Positions 9,207 to 17,751 of a stretch of 64,000 nt of DNA are shown piece by piece. Made by a program: the position numbers and the translations under genes. Below the pieces are notes generated by a model. It did no database searches and was not told the DNA's origin. It was given only the letters and a program-made list of their open reading frames with translations. The first letter of the stretch is position 1, and every line of letters begins with the position of its first letter. The stretch spans positions 5,353 through 69,352 of the forward strand of contig JAQBPO010000067.1 of assembly GCA_028287465.1 (NCBI GenBank). The letters run 5' to 3'. The stretch is from Fibrobacterota bacterium. Lineage in GTDB: Bacteria; Fibrobacterota; Fibrobacteria; UBA11236.

Positions 9207-11113
9207 AGGGTCTCCGCTGCCGCAAAGGGGGCCGTTGTCGCGTTCGCCGGAAGGGCGGCCGCGGATTGTGATACGGGAACATCGGCGGCGGCCCCGTCCC
9301 AGGCGAAGATCGCCTGCAGGTCCGCGTCCGGCAGGCGCGCGGTGAATTGCGTGAAGGATTCGGCGTCCGTGCGTTTGGCCAGATAGATGCGGAGGATGCG
9401 TTCGACTTCCGCCGGGACTTCCGGGGCGGGGACCGAGCGCCGGGCCGGGACCGCCATGCGGCCTTCTCGGCCATAACCGCCGCCGATGAAGAAATGGAAT
9501 CCCGCTCCCTTGTAGGACGCGTTCTCCACGCCGGCGCCCAGGAGGCCGATATCGCCGATGAAATGCTGGGCGCAGGAGTGGGTGCAACCCGTGAGATGGA
9601 TATTGACCGGGCTGTCCAGGCGGATGCGGCCGCGAAGGTGGGTGGTGATGGCCGTCGCGGTGGACTTGGTGGGGGCCATGCCGAACTTGCAGCCTTCCGC
9701 GCCGGTGCAGGCCACAAGTCCCGCCTGGATGGCGTCTGGCTCGTGGGTCAGGCCCAACCGGCCCAAGGCGGCCAAGGCCCCGTCCAAGCGCGATTCGGGG
9801 ATGTCCGAGATGAGCAGGTTCTGCCATACGGTGAGCCGCAGGGTCCCGGAACCGAAGGCGGCCGAAAGGTCGGCGAGGCCGCGAAGCTGTTCCACGGTGA
9901 GCCTTCCGACCGGAACGTCGACGCCGAGGTAGCAAAGGCCGTCCTGGCGTTGCGTATGGATGCCGAGATGGCCGGCCTTATCCACCGCGGGCGCGAGGCG
10001 GCACTCCGTTTCGGGCAGGCGGCGCAGGGCGAAGGGAAGCCGCTTCTGGGTCTGTTCCAGGAATTCCGGGACGCCGAAGGCCTCCAGGACGTATTTGAGC
10101 CTGGCGCGCTTGCGGTTGCCGCGATCGCCGTTCATGACATAGACGCGGATCATGGCCGCGATTACGGGAATGCATTCCGACGGCTTGAGCAGCAGGCCCG
10201 TGTCCTTGGCGAGATCGCCGTGCCCGGTGATGCCGCCGAGGGCGAGGCGGAAATAGATCCCTTCCTCGACTCCGTGGCCGGCGTCCACCTTCACCGCCCT
10301 GAGGCCGATATCATTGGTGTCTTCCAGGGAGGAGATGGAGTTCCCGCCGTCGAAGGCGACGTTGAATTTGCGGGGCAGGCCGTACAAGGTCCTGTCGTGC
10401 ATGATATGGTGGTGCAGCTCGCGGCACAAGGGTAGCACGTCGTAGAACTCATGGGCGTCGATGCCGCAGGTGGGATTGCCGGTGACGTTGCGGATATTGT
10501 CCGCACCGGATCCCCTCGGTACGATGCCGGCTTCATGGAGGTCGGCGAGGAGCGGCGCCATATGGGCCCCGCCGATTTCCCGGATCTGCAGGTTCGCGCG
10601 GGTGGTCAGGTCCACGTAGCCGCCGCCGTGGGTTTCCGCGGCGGCGGCGATGGCCCGGGCCTGATAGGCGCGCAGGATGCCGCCCGGGATGCGCAGGCGG
10701 CACATCATGGACTCCTGGGCGGGGGAGACGTTCCACAGGCCGTGGGTCTTGAAACGGAAGATGTCCTCGCCGACCGGGAGCCTGCCTTGGGCGGACAGCT
10801 CGGCGATGCGCGGCCAGGCGTCCAAGGGGTCGGAGTCGAACTTGATCTGCTCTTCCTTGGAAAGCCGTTTGCCGGACGCGAGCCAGGCGAGCTGCGCCCG
10901 CTTGCCGGGGGGCAGGGACGCTTCGGCTTCCGCGGATCCGGCGGAAGCGGCAGGGGATGCGTCCGCGGGTGCGGCCTGGTCGGGTTGACCGCTCAAGGCC
11001 CGCAGGAAACCATCGAGGTATTCCTTCTGCAGGTCGGTGAATGGGAGAGCTTCCGTAGGTATCAACTGTGTTTCCCCCGGCGGTTTCGAGTCGCCGGGCC
11101 GGTCTTGTGCCAT
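9203..11113 (-). CDS. nirA: Ferredoxin-nitrite/sulfite reductase family hemoprotein (siroheme/4Fe-4S; NirA-type assimilatory nitrite reductase) with an N-terminal extension
   Basis: Start MAQDRPG at 11113, with an AGGAGG RBS 8 nt upstream. Two NiR/SiR ferredoxin-like repeats. The siroheme-binding Cys cluster is CTGAEGCKF...CTHSCAQH. Confidence 0.85.
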   Translation of the reverse strand: MAQDRPGDSKPPGETQLIPTEALPFTDLQKEYLDGFLRALSGQPDQAAPADASPAASAGSAEAEASLPPGKRAQLAWLASGKRLSKEEQIKFDSDPLDAWPRIAELSAQGRLPVGEDIFRFKTHGLWNVSPAQESMMCRLRIPGGILRAYQARAIAAAAETHGGGYVDLTTRANLQIREIGGAHMAPLLADLHEAGIVPRGSGADNIRNVTGNPTCGIDAHEFYDVLPLCRELHHHIMHDRTLYGLPRKFNVAFDGGNSISSLEDTNDIGLRAVKVDAGHGVEEGIYFRLALGGITGHGDLAKDTGLLLKPSECIPVIAAMIRVYVMNGDRGNRKRARLKYVLEAFGVPEFLEQTQKRLPFALRRLPETECRLAPAVDKAGHLGIHTQRQDGLCYLGVDVPVGRLTVEQLRGLADLSAAFGSGTLRLTVWQNLLISDIPESRLDGALAALGRLGLTHEPDAIQAGLVACTGAEGCKFGMAPTKSTATAITTHLRGRIRLDSPVNIHLTGCTHSCAQHFIGDIGLLGAGVENASYKGAGFHFFIGGGYGREGRMAVPARRSVPAPEVPAEVERILRIYLAKRTDAESFTQFTARLPDADLQAIFAWDGAAADVPVSQSAAALPANATTAPFAAAETL

Positions 11114-11501
11114 AGCCCTTTCCTCCTGCTGCCAGGGGAGATCGCAATGGCCAAAGGTTCGGACGGACCGGAGACAGTTGGCGAATATGCCTTCGGTACA
11201 ACGCAAACGGCGTACCAGGATGGATTCGGGGCCTTCCGGCCGGATGCGCGGGAATAGGGCCGATTACGGCGGTCAAGCGATCGTCAATGTTTCCATTGGT
11301 CATCTTATGTCATTCCGCGGGATTACAATATGAGCCAACGTTGGCGTTCTTTACGGAGTTTTGACGGAATGGGGAGCGGTCGGAAACCCCCTACGATCCG
11401 GTGCCTCGTCGGGACCTTCTATAGAGGACGCCGGCTGAAGCGCGGATTTCCGCCGGGGGTTTGTCAAACGGAACCCCTCCTTGGCAGGAACTGTCCCCAA
11501 G

Positions 11502-11517
11502 TGGCGCGCGGTTTGCT
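11502..11517 (+). promoter_or_regulatory. Candidate sigma54 (-24/-12) promoter in front of narK: TGGCGC-N5-TTGCT
   Basis: Matches the TGGCAC-N5-TTGCW consensus and sits about 30 nt upstream of the narK ATG. The nirA-narK intergenic region is 434 bp and divergent. Confidence 0.35.
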
Positions 11518-11547
11518 TTCCCTCCAAGGCATCAGGGAGATTCCGCA

Positions 11548-12762
11548 ATGAAATTCAAAGACTTCGCCAAGGCCGGCCACGCGCCGACGCTTTTTTCCGC
11601 CTTCCTCTATTTCGACATGAGCTTCATGGTCTGGGTGTTGCTCGGACCCCTGGGCGTGCATATCGCCAAGGATCTCGGCCTGTCCCCTTCCCAAAAAGGC
11701 ATGATGGTCGCCGTACCGGTCCTGTCCGGCGCGATCATGCGCGTGTTCATGGGCCTGCTGGTCGACAGTATCGGCGCGAAAAGGGCCGGGCTGATCGGAC
11801 AGGCCATCGTGCTCACCGCGCTGATGGCGTCCTGGCAGTTCGGATTGCATAGCCTGCATGCGGTATACCTCCTGGGCATCTGTCTGGGCGTCGCGGGCGC
11901 CTCCTTCGCCGTCGCCCTGCCCCTGGCATCGCGCTGGTATCCGCCCGAAGCCCAGGGACTCGCCCTGGGGATCGCCGGCGCCGGCAATTCCGGCACCGTA
12001 TTCGCCGCCTTGTTCGCGCCCCTGCTGGCCAACCACTTCGGATGGACCAACGTTTTCGGCCTGGTCCTCATCCCGCTTTCCATGACCATGGTCATCTACG
12101 CCTTCCTTGCCAAGGATGCCCCGGGCAGGCCTCCGGCCCAGAAGCTCACCAAGTACTTCCATGTCCTCAAGGAGCGCGATGCCTGGTGGTTCATGCTTTT
12201 CTACCTGGTCACCTTCGGCGGCTTCGTGGGCCTGGCCTCCAGCCTCGTGATCTATTTCAACAGCCAATTCGGCCTGCCCCCTTCGGTCGCGGGCTACCTC
12301 ACCGCGGGCTGCGTCTTCTGCGGTTCCATGTTCCGGCCCATCGGCGGGTCGATCGCCGATCGCGTGGGCGGGGTCCGGGCCCTGCAGACCATGTATATCG
12401 TGGTCGTGCTCGCCATGCTCGGCGTGGCCTTGCTGCCCACCTCCCTGACGCTTTCCCTGACCTTCTTCGCCTTCGGGATGATGGCCATGGGCATGGGCAA
12501 CGGTGCGGTATTCCAGCTGCTGCCTCAGCGCTTCTCCCGCGAGATAGGCACGCTCACCGGTCTGGTGGGGATGGCAGGCGGCGTGGGCGGATTCTACCTG
12601 GCCTCTTCCTTGGGCCTTTCCAAACAGTTCAGCGGGGATTACCGGTTGGGATTCCTCATGTATGCGCTCATGGGAGCGTTCGCGTTCGGGATCCTGTTCA
12701 AGGTGAAGGTCCGCTGGCGCTCCACCTGGGGCGCGCCCGGCCTGGCCCGGGCGCGGGTTTGA
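11548..12762 (+). CDS. narK: MFS nitrate/nitrite transporter (NNP family, NarK/NasA-type)
   Basis: Start MKFKDF, with an AGGGAGA RBS. Twelve transmembrane helices. Gly-rich NNP signature GIAGAGNSGTVFAALFAP. Confidence 0.85.
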   Translation: MKFKDFAKAGHAPTLFSAFLYFDMSFMVWVLLGPLGVHIAKDLGLSPSQKGMMVAVPVLSGAIMRVFMGLLVDSIGAKRAGLIGQAIVLTALMASWQFGLHSLHAVYLLGICLGVAGASFAVALPLASRWYPPEAQGLALGIAGAGNSGTVFAALFAPLLANHFGWTNVFGLVLIPLSMTMVIYAFLAKDAPGRPPAQKLTKYFHVLKERDAWWFMLFYLVTFGGFVGLASSLVIYFNSQFGLPPSVAGYLTAGCVFCGSMFRPIGGSIADRVGGVRALQTMYIVVVLAMLGVALLPTSLTLSLTFFAFGMMAMGMGNGAVFQLLPQRFSREIGTLTGLVGMAGGVGGFYLASSLGLSKQFSGDYRLGFLMYALMGAFAFGILFKVKVRWRSTWGAPGLARARV

Positions 12763-12781
12763 TTTTCTGCCCGCCGAACCG

Positions 12782-13822
12782 GTGAGAATCGGCTTCGTGC
12801 CGTTGGTGGACTGCGCCCTGCTCGCCGTGGCGCAGGAGCTTGGGTTCTTCCGGCAACACGAGCTCGAGGTCGAATTGCGCAAGGCCCAATCCTGGGCCCA
12901 GGTCCGCGACAAGCTCATGGCGGGAGAGTGGGACGCGGCCCATAGCCTGATAACCATGCCGATCCAATCGGCCCTGGAGAATCCCCCCGGCGATCACCCC
13001 CTCAGCTACGCCTTCACCTTGAGCCGCAACGGCAACGGGATCATTTTTTCCAATTCCCTCTGGAATGACGGGGCCAGGGACCCGGTAGGCCTTTCCTCCT
13101 GGATGGCCCAACGGCCCGGCCGCGTTTTGAGGCTTGGCGTGGTCTTTCCCCGCGGCACCCAGGAATACTTCCTGCGGTCCTGGCTGGCCTCGGGCGGGCT
13201 TACCATTGGGGAGGGCATCGCCTTGACCATCATTCCTCCCCAGGAAATGGTGGGACGCCTCCGCAAAGGGGAGATCGACGGATTCTGCGCCGGAGAACCC
13301 TGGAGCCGGCGCGCTTCCGCCTCGAAGCTCGGCCGATTGGTGGCCGAGAGCGGCGGGATCCTTCCTGGACTCGGGGAAAAGGTCCTGGCCGTCCGCACCT
13401 CCTGGCATCGTGCCCATTCCCTGGCCCACTCCCGTCTGATACGCGCCCTTTCCCAGGCTTCGGCTTGGCTGTCCGATCCTTCGAACCTGGATGCTGCCGT
13501 GGAGATAATCGCCTCCAAGCGCTACGTCAATACGCCCAAATCCGTGGTCGAGGGCGCGCTCAGGGACGCCGCCGGGCGGGCATCGGTACCGGGCGATGCG
13601 AACGGGATCCGGTTCCGCGGCGGAAACGCCAACGCCCCGGCGCCGTCCCACGCGAAATGGTACATCGATCAGATGGCGCTCTGGGGGCACTCGGACGTTA
13701 CCCGCATAAAAACCCTCGATCTTGCTCCCGTCTGCCTCGATGCTTTTTACCATTCCGTGGCATCGGCGCTTCCCCAAAGCCCGCCAGCCCGCGTCCTTAC
13801 GAGCGCGGCGGCCGATATCTGA
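12782..13822 (+). CDS. Cytoplasmic NrtA-like nitrate/nitrite-binding protein with no signal peptide (NasS-like sensor?)
   Basis: GTG start. NrtA/SsuA-type periplasmic-binding fold (FVPLVDCALLAVAQELGFF, GFCAGEPW) but no export signal. Lies between narK and nrtA. Confidence 0.55.
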   Translation: MRIGFVPLVDCALLAVAQELGFFRQHELEVELRKAQSWAQVRDKLMAGEWDAAHSLITMPIQSALENPPGDHPLSYAFTLSRNGNGIIFSNSLWNDGARDPVGLSSWMAQRPGRVLRLGVVFPRGTQEYFLRSWLASGGLTIGEGIALTIIPPQEMVGRLRKGEIDGFCAGEPWSRRASASKLGRLVAESGGILPGLGEKVLAVRTSWHRAHSLAHSRLIRALSQASAWLSDPSNLDAAVEIIASKRYVNTPKSVVEGALRDAAGRASVPGDANGIRFRGGNANAPAPSHAKWYIDQMALWGHSDVTRIKTLDLAPVCLDAFYHSVASALPQSPPARVLTSAAADI

Positions 13823-14390
13823 CCCAATACCCGATCCTATCGCCGATACCGGGATCGCTTCCGCGCGCCATCCCGCCGCATCGCGCCGTCCGCGCGGTTG
13901 TCAGCATTTGTCGGGCAAATCCTAACAGTAGGTGCCATTCCCCGATCGGGCAGGGGGGAAACATTGACATTACCCCCGTAAATCGGGCCATGGGCGGGAA
14001 AGCGCGCTTGGTACAGGCTTTGCTTTTCAATACCGTGATAAGTCAAACGCCAACTGATCGTTGGCGGCGGTGGTCTGGACGGACCACGCCATCCGGGATA
14101 GCCGAAAGCGCCCGGATACGCCGCCAGCGATAAGCAGGACGAACGATCGTCCCGGCCACCGCGGAAAGCGGGGCCAGCTTACTCCGGTCCGCCCGGGCTT
14201 TTGGACATACGGACAACGGCCGGAATATCAGGCCGGAGGAGTATGCCCAATGTGGTCGGAATTCAGGATCGGAATCGGAAGCGCGACCAGCGGCGGAAAC
14301 CGCTCCCGCACTGGCCGCGCGAACGCTCCCCAGCGGACTCCCGAGGCCGCCCTTCCGTCCAACCGCGGAAAGGCATTCCCGGCCCAGGGA

Positions 14391-14452
14391 GGGGATGCTC
14401 CCCATCCCCATCTCCCGGTAGGACCATGCCCCGCATGCCCCCTCCTACCGGG
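14391..14452 (+). promoter_or_regulatory. Two consecutive stem-loops in the long (about 700 nt) leader before nrtA; candidate attenuator or antitermination target
   Basis: Hairpin 1 pairs GGGGATG with CATCCCC (14391-14409). Hairpin 2 has a perfect 10-bp inverted repeat, CCCGGTAGGA-N19-TCCTACCGGG (14414-14452), followed by a weak T tract. Confidence 0.3.
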
Positions 14453-14519
14453 GGACCGCACCCTTTCATCGCCCGCCGCGCCAGCGCCGGAATTCCCGAA
14501 ACACCTAAGGAGCTCGATC

Positions 14520-15875
14520 ATGCAGGTTGCCATTCTTGACCTATCCACCCCCACCGGCCCGTTCCGCCCGATCGATTCGATCGGAAGGCGTTCGAACCGC
14601 GTCGCGCGCATCCTGGGCGTCGCGGCCGCCTGCCTGGCGCTCGCCTTCGCCGCCGTGCCGGCCCATGCGGACGGGAAACCGGAAACGACCAAGGCCAAGC
14701 TCGGCTTCATCGCCCTCGCCGATATGGCTCCCCTGGCGGTGGCCAAGGAAAAGGGATTGTTCGCCAAGTACGGCGTGCCGGACGTCGAGGTGCTCAAGCA
14801 GGCTTCCTGGGGCGCAACCCGCGACAACCTGGAACTGGGTTCCGGGAACGGCGGCATCGACGGCGCGCATATCCTGACGCCCATGCCCTATGCCCTCACC
14901 TTGGGCCTCAACACCAAGGGCAACAAGCCGGCGCCCATGTACATCCTGATGCGCCTCAACTACAACAACCAGGCCATCTCCGTGGCCGAAAAGTACAAGG
15001 AATCCGGCATCAACCTGAACGCGTCCGGATTCAAGCCCTGGATCGAATCCGCCAAGAAGCGCAACGCCAAGCCGCTGACCTTCGCCATGACCTTCCCGAC
15101 CGGCACGCATAACCTGTGGATCCGCTATTGGCTCGCCTCCAGCGGCATCGATCCCGACCTCGACGTCGCCACCATCGTGATCCCGCCTCCCCAGATGGTC
15201 GCGAACATGCGCGTGGGCAATATGGACGCCTTCTGCGTCGCCGAGCCCTGGGGCCAGCAGCTCATCAACCAGCGCATCGGCTATACCGCCGCGATGACCC
15301 AGGAGATCTGGAACGACCATCCCGAAAAGGCCCTGGGTATGCGCAAGGATTGGGTGGACGCCCATCCAAACGCCACCAAGGCCATCATGAAGGCGGTCAT
15401 GGAAGCCCAGATGTGGTGCGACAAGCCGGAGAACCGGGACGAGATGGCGCGCATCCTCTCCACCAAGAATTGGATCAACGCCCCGTACGAGGACCTGATC
15501 CCCCGCATCAGCGGCAAGATCGATTACGGCGACGGCCGCCCCAAGAAGGAAGGGGTGTTCATGAAGTTCTTCAAGGACAACGCGTCCTTCCCCTACAAGA
15601 GCCATGACAAATGGTTCCTGGCGGAGATGCGCCGTTGGGGCTTCTTCCCGAACGGAGTCGAATACGACAAGATCGTGGATCAGGTCAACCGGGCGGACCT
15701 CTGGCGCGAATGCGCCAGGGAAATCAAGGTCACGGCCATCCCCGCCACCGATTCCCGCGGCATCGAGAAATTCTTCGACGGCGTGACCTTCGATCCGGCC
15801 GATCCGGAAGGGTACCTGGCCAAGCTGAAGATCAAGAACATCGACGGCAAGAAAGGCGCGGTGGCGCGGAAATGA
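14520..15875 (+). CDS. nrtA: Nitrate ABC transporter substrate-binding protein, secreted (signal RRSNRVARILGVAAACLALAFAAVPAHA)
   Basis: AAGGAG RBS. NrtA/CmpA fold; paralogous to the NasS-like gene at 12782 (shared FCVAEPW and similar motifs). Confidence 0.85.
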   Translation: MQVAILDLSTPTGPFRPIDSIGRRSNRVARILGVAAACLALAFAAVPAHADGKPETTKAKLGFIALADMAPLAVAKEKGLFAKYGVPDVEVLKQASWGATRDNLELGSGNGGIDGAHILTPMPYALTLGLNTKGNKPAPMYILMRLNYNNQAISVAEKYKESGINLNASGFKPWIESAKKRNAKPLTFAMTFPTGTHNLWIRYWLASSGIDPDLDVATIVIPPPQMVANMRVGNMDAFCVAEPWGQQLINQRIGYTAAMTQEIWNDHPEKALGMRKDWVDAHPNATKAIMKAVMEAQMWCDKPENRDEMARILSTKNWINAPYEDLIPRISGKIDYGDGRPKKEGVFMKFFKDNASFPYKSHDKWFLAEMRRWGFFPNGVEYDKIVDQVNRADLWRECAREIKVTAIPATDSRGIEKFFDGVTFDPADPEGYLAKLKIKNIDGKKGAVARK

Positions 15876-16807
15876 TCATGAACACGGAAAAACCGATCGG
15901 CCAGCAGCCGTTCAATGAACGCCCTAAGCCCATGGTTACCGGCCTCAAGGCGGTTCAAACCAAGGTGTCTTCGAAGGCGAAGCCCGCGGCCGGGCTCCCG
16001 CCCCCCAGCGAGGATCCCGAGCGTACGGCGCGCATGCGGGATCGCGCGCGCACCTTCATCATGCCCGTGGTCGCGCTCTTCTTCTTCGGGCTTTTCTGGG
16101 AAATCTATTCTTCCGGCGACGGGGTGGTGCTTCCCGGCCCCATCAAGACCATCACCCAGTCCTGGAACCTCATCGCCCATCCCTGGTTCGACAATGGGCC
16201 CAACGACAAGGGCCTGGGATGGCAGTTGCTGTTCTCCCTGCAACGCGTGGCCACGGGCTATTCCCTGGCCGCGGTGGTGGGCGTCCTCCTGGGCATCATC
16301 ATCGGCAAATCGGCCATGGCCTTCAAGGCCCTGGATCCGATTTTCCAGGTGCTCCGCACCATCCCGCCCCTGGCCTGGCTGCCCATCTCCCTGGCCACCT
16401 TCAACCAGGCCCAGCCTTCCGCCATCTTCGTCATCTTCGTCACCGCCATCTGGCCCATCATCATCAACACCTCGGTGGGCATCATGCGCATCCCCGCGGA
16501 CTACGAGAACGTGGCCAGGGTCTACCAGTTGACCGGAACCCGGTATTTCTTCAAGGTGATGCTTCCGTCGGCCGCGCCCTACATCTTCACGGGCCTGCGG
16601 ATCTCCATCGGCATGGCCTGGTTGGCGATCGTCGCCGCGGAAATGCTGACGGGCGGGGTGGGCATCGGGTTCTTCATCTGGGATTCCTGGAATTCCTCCC
16701 GCATGAGCGACATCATCGTATCCGTGTTCTACGTGGGCATGATCGGCCTGGCCCTGGATCGCATCGTGGCCAGAATCGCGTCCCTGTTCGGGACGAGGGG
16801 GGACTGA
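15872..16807 (+). CDS. nrtB: Nitrate ABC transporter permease
   Basis: The ATGA overlap couples its start to the nrtA stop. Six or more transmembrane helices. EAA-like loop present. Confidence 0.85.
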   Translation: MIMNTEKPIGQQPFNERPKPMVTGLKAVQTKVSSKAKPAAGLPPPSEDPERTARMRDRARTFIMPVVALFFFGLFWEIYSSGDGVVLPGPIKTITQSWNLIAHPWFDNGPNDKGLGWQLLFSLQRVATGYSLAAVVGVLLGIIIGKSAMAFKALDPIFQVLRTIPPLAWLPISLATFNQAQPSAIFVIFVTAIWPIIINTSVGIMRIPADYENVARVYQLTGTRYFFKVMLPSAAPYIFTGLRISIGMAWLAIVAAEMLTGGVGIGFFIWDSWNSSRMSDIIVSVFYVGMIGLALDRIVARIASLFGTRGD

Positions 16808-17632
16808 ATGACCGACGCAATCAGGGATCAAATCGCGGAGAACGAAGCCAGATTCGTGGACATCTCCGGGGTGCACAAGCTCTTCGGTTCGGGTAAATCC
16901 CGCTACCATGCGCTGGCGGGCGTCGACCTGCGCATCGCCAAAGGCGAGTTCGTGAGCATCATCGGCCATTCGGGATGCGGCAAGTCCACCTTGCTCAATC
17001 TGGTAGCGGGGCTCTACCAGGCCACCACGGGTTCGGTCGCCGTGAACGGCAAGGAAGTGACGGCGCCGGGCCTGGACCGGGCGGTGGTTTTCCAGAGCCA
17101 TTCCCTGCTGCCATGGCTCACCGTGCTCGAGAACGTGATGGTGGCGGTGGACAGCGTGCATCCGGGAAAGGGCAGGCAATTCCGCCTCGACGAGGCCCGC
17201 AAGTACGTGGACATGGTCCATCTCGCCCAACATGCGGGCAAAAAGCCGCCGCAACTTTCGGGCGGCATGAAACAGCGCGTGGGCATCGCGCGCGCTTTCG
17301 CCGCCGATCCCCAGGTTCTCCTGCTGGACGAACCGTTCGGCGCCCTGGACGCGCTCACCCGCGGCAGCATGCAGGACGAGCTCACCACCATCTGGGAGAA
17401 GAACCGGAAGACGGTCATGATGATCACCCATGACGTGGATGAGGCTGTCTTCCTTTCCGATCGCATCGTGTTGATGTCGAACGGCCCCGCGGCCGTCATC
17501 GCCAAGGTCGTGGACGTGCCCATCGCGCGCCCCCGGACCCGGGAGGCGCTCCTCGAGGATTCCCAATACCTGGAAATCCGCAAGGAGCTTCTGCATTACT
17601 TGATTGGTACCGGCATGCACGCCGCGGCCTAG
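16808..17632 (+). CDS. Nitrate ABC transporter ATP-binding protein (NrtD/NrtC-type, single ABC domain)
   Basis: Walker A GHSGCGKST, signature LSGGMKQRVGIARA, Walker B LLLDEPFGALD. Confidence 0.85.
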   Translation: MTDAIRDQIAENEARFVDISGVHKLFGSGKSRYHALAGVDLRIAKGEFVSIIGHSGCGKSTLLNLVAGLYQATTGSVAVNGKEVTAPGLDRAVVFQSHSLLPWLTVLENVMVAVDSVHPGKGRQFRLDEARKYVDMVHLAQHAGKKPPQLSGGMKQRVGIARAFAADPQVLLLDEPFGALDALTRGSMQDELTTIWEKNRKTVMMITHDVDEAVFLSDRIVLMSNGPAAVIAKVVDVPIARPRTREALLEDSQYLEIRKELLHYLIGTGMHAAA

Positions 17633-17751
17633 AGGACCCGTCACCATCCGTCCGGTCCGTCCGGACGGACAGCCTGAACATCGTCTCCGGAAGCGGCCCG
17701 GCCGCCACGGGGAGAGAATCGCGTATAAACCCGAACCTCCGAGGAGATTCC

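Noticed and set aside
7506-9386. 626-aa ORF on the plus strand opposite the cysJ-like gene, together with 9347..10435 on the plus strand opposite nirA
   Set aside because: Both are antisense to flavoprotein and NirA genes that carry clear cofactor motifs.
11464-13777. ORFs 11464..12957 and 12698..13777 on the minus strand
   Set aside because: They are antisense to narK and the NasS-like gene. The translations are Gly/Arg/Glu-rich with no transmembrane or domain signal.
14541-17647. ORFs 14541..15605 and 15680..17647 on the minus strand
   Set aside because: They are antisense to nrtA, nrtB and the ATPase.
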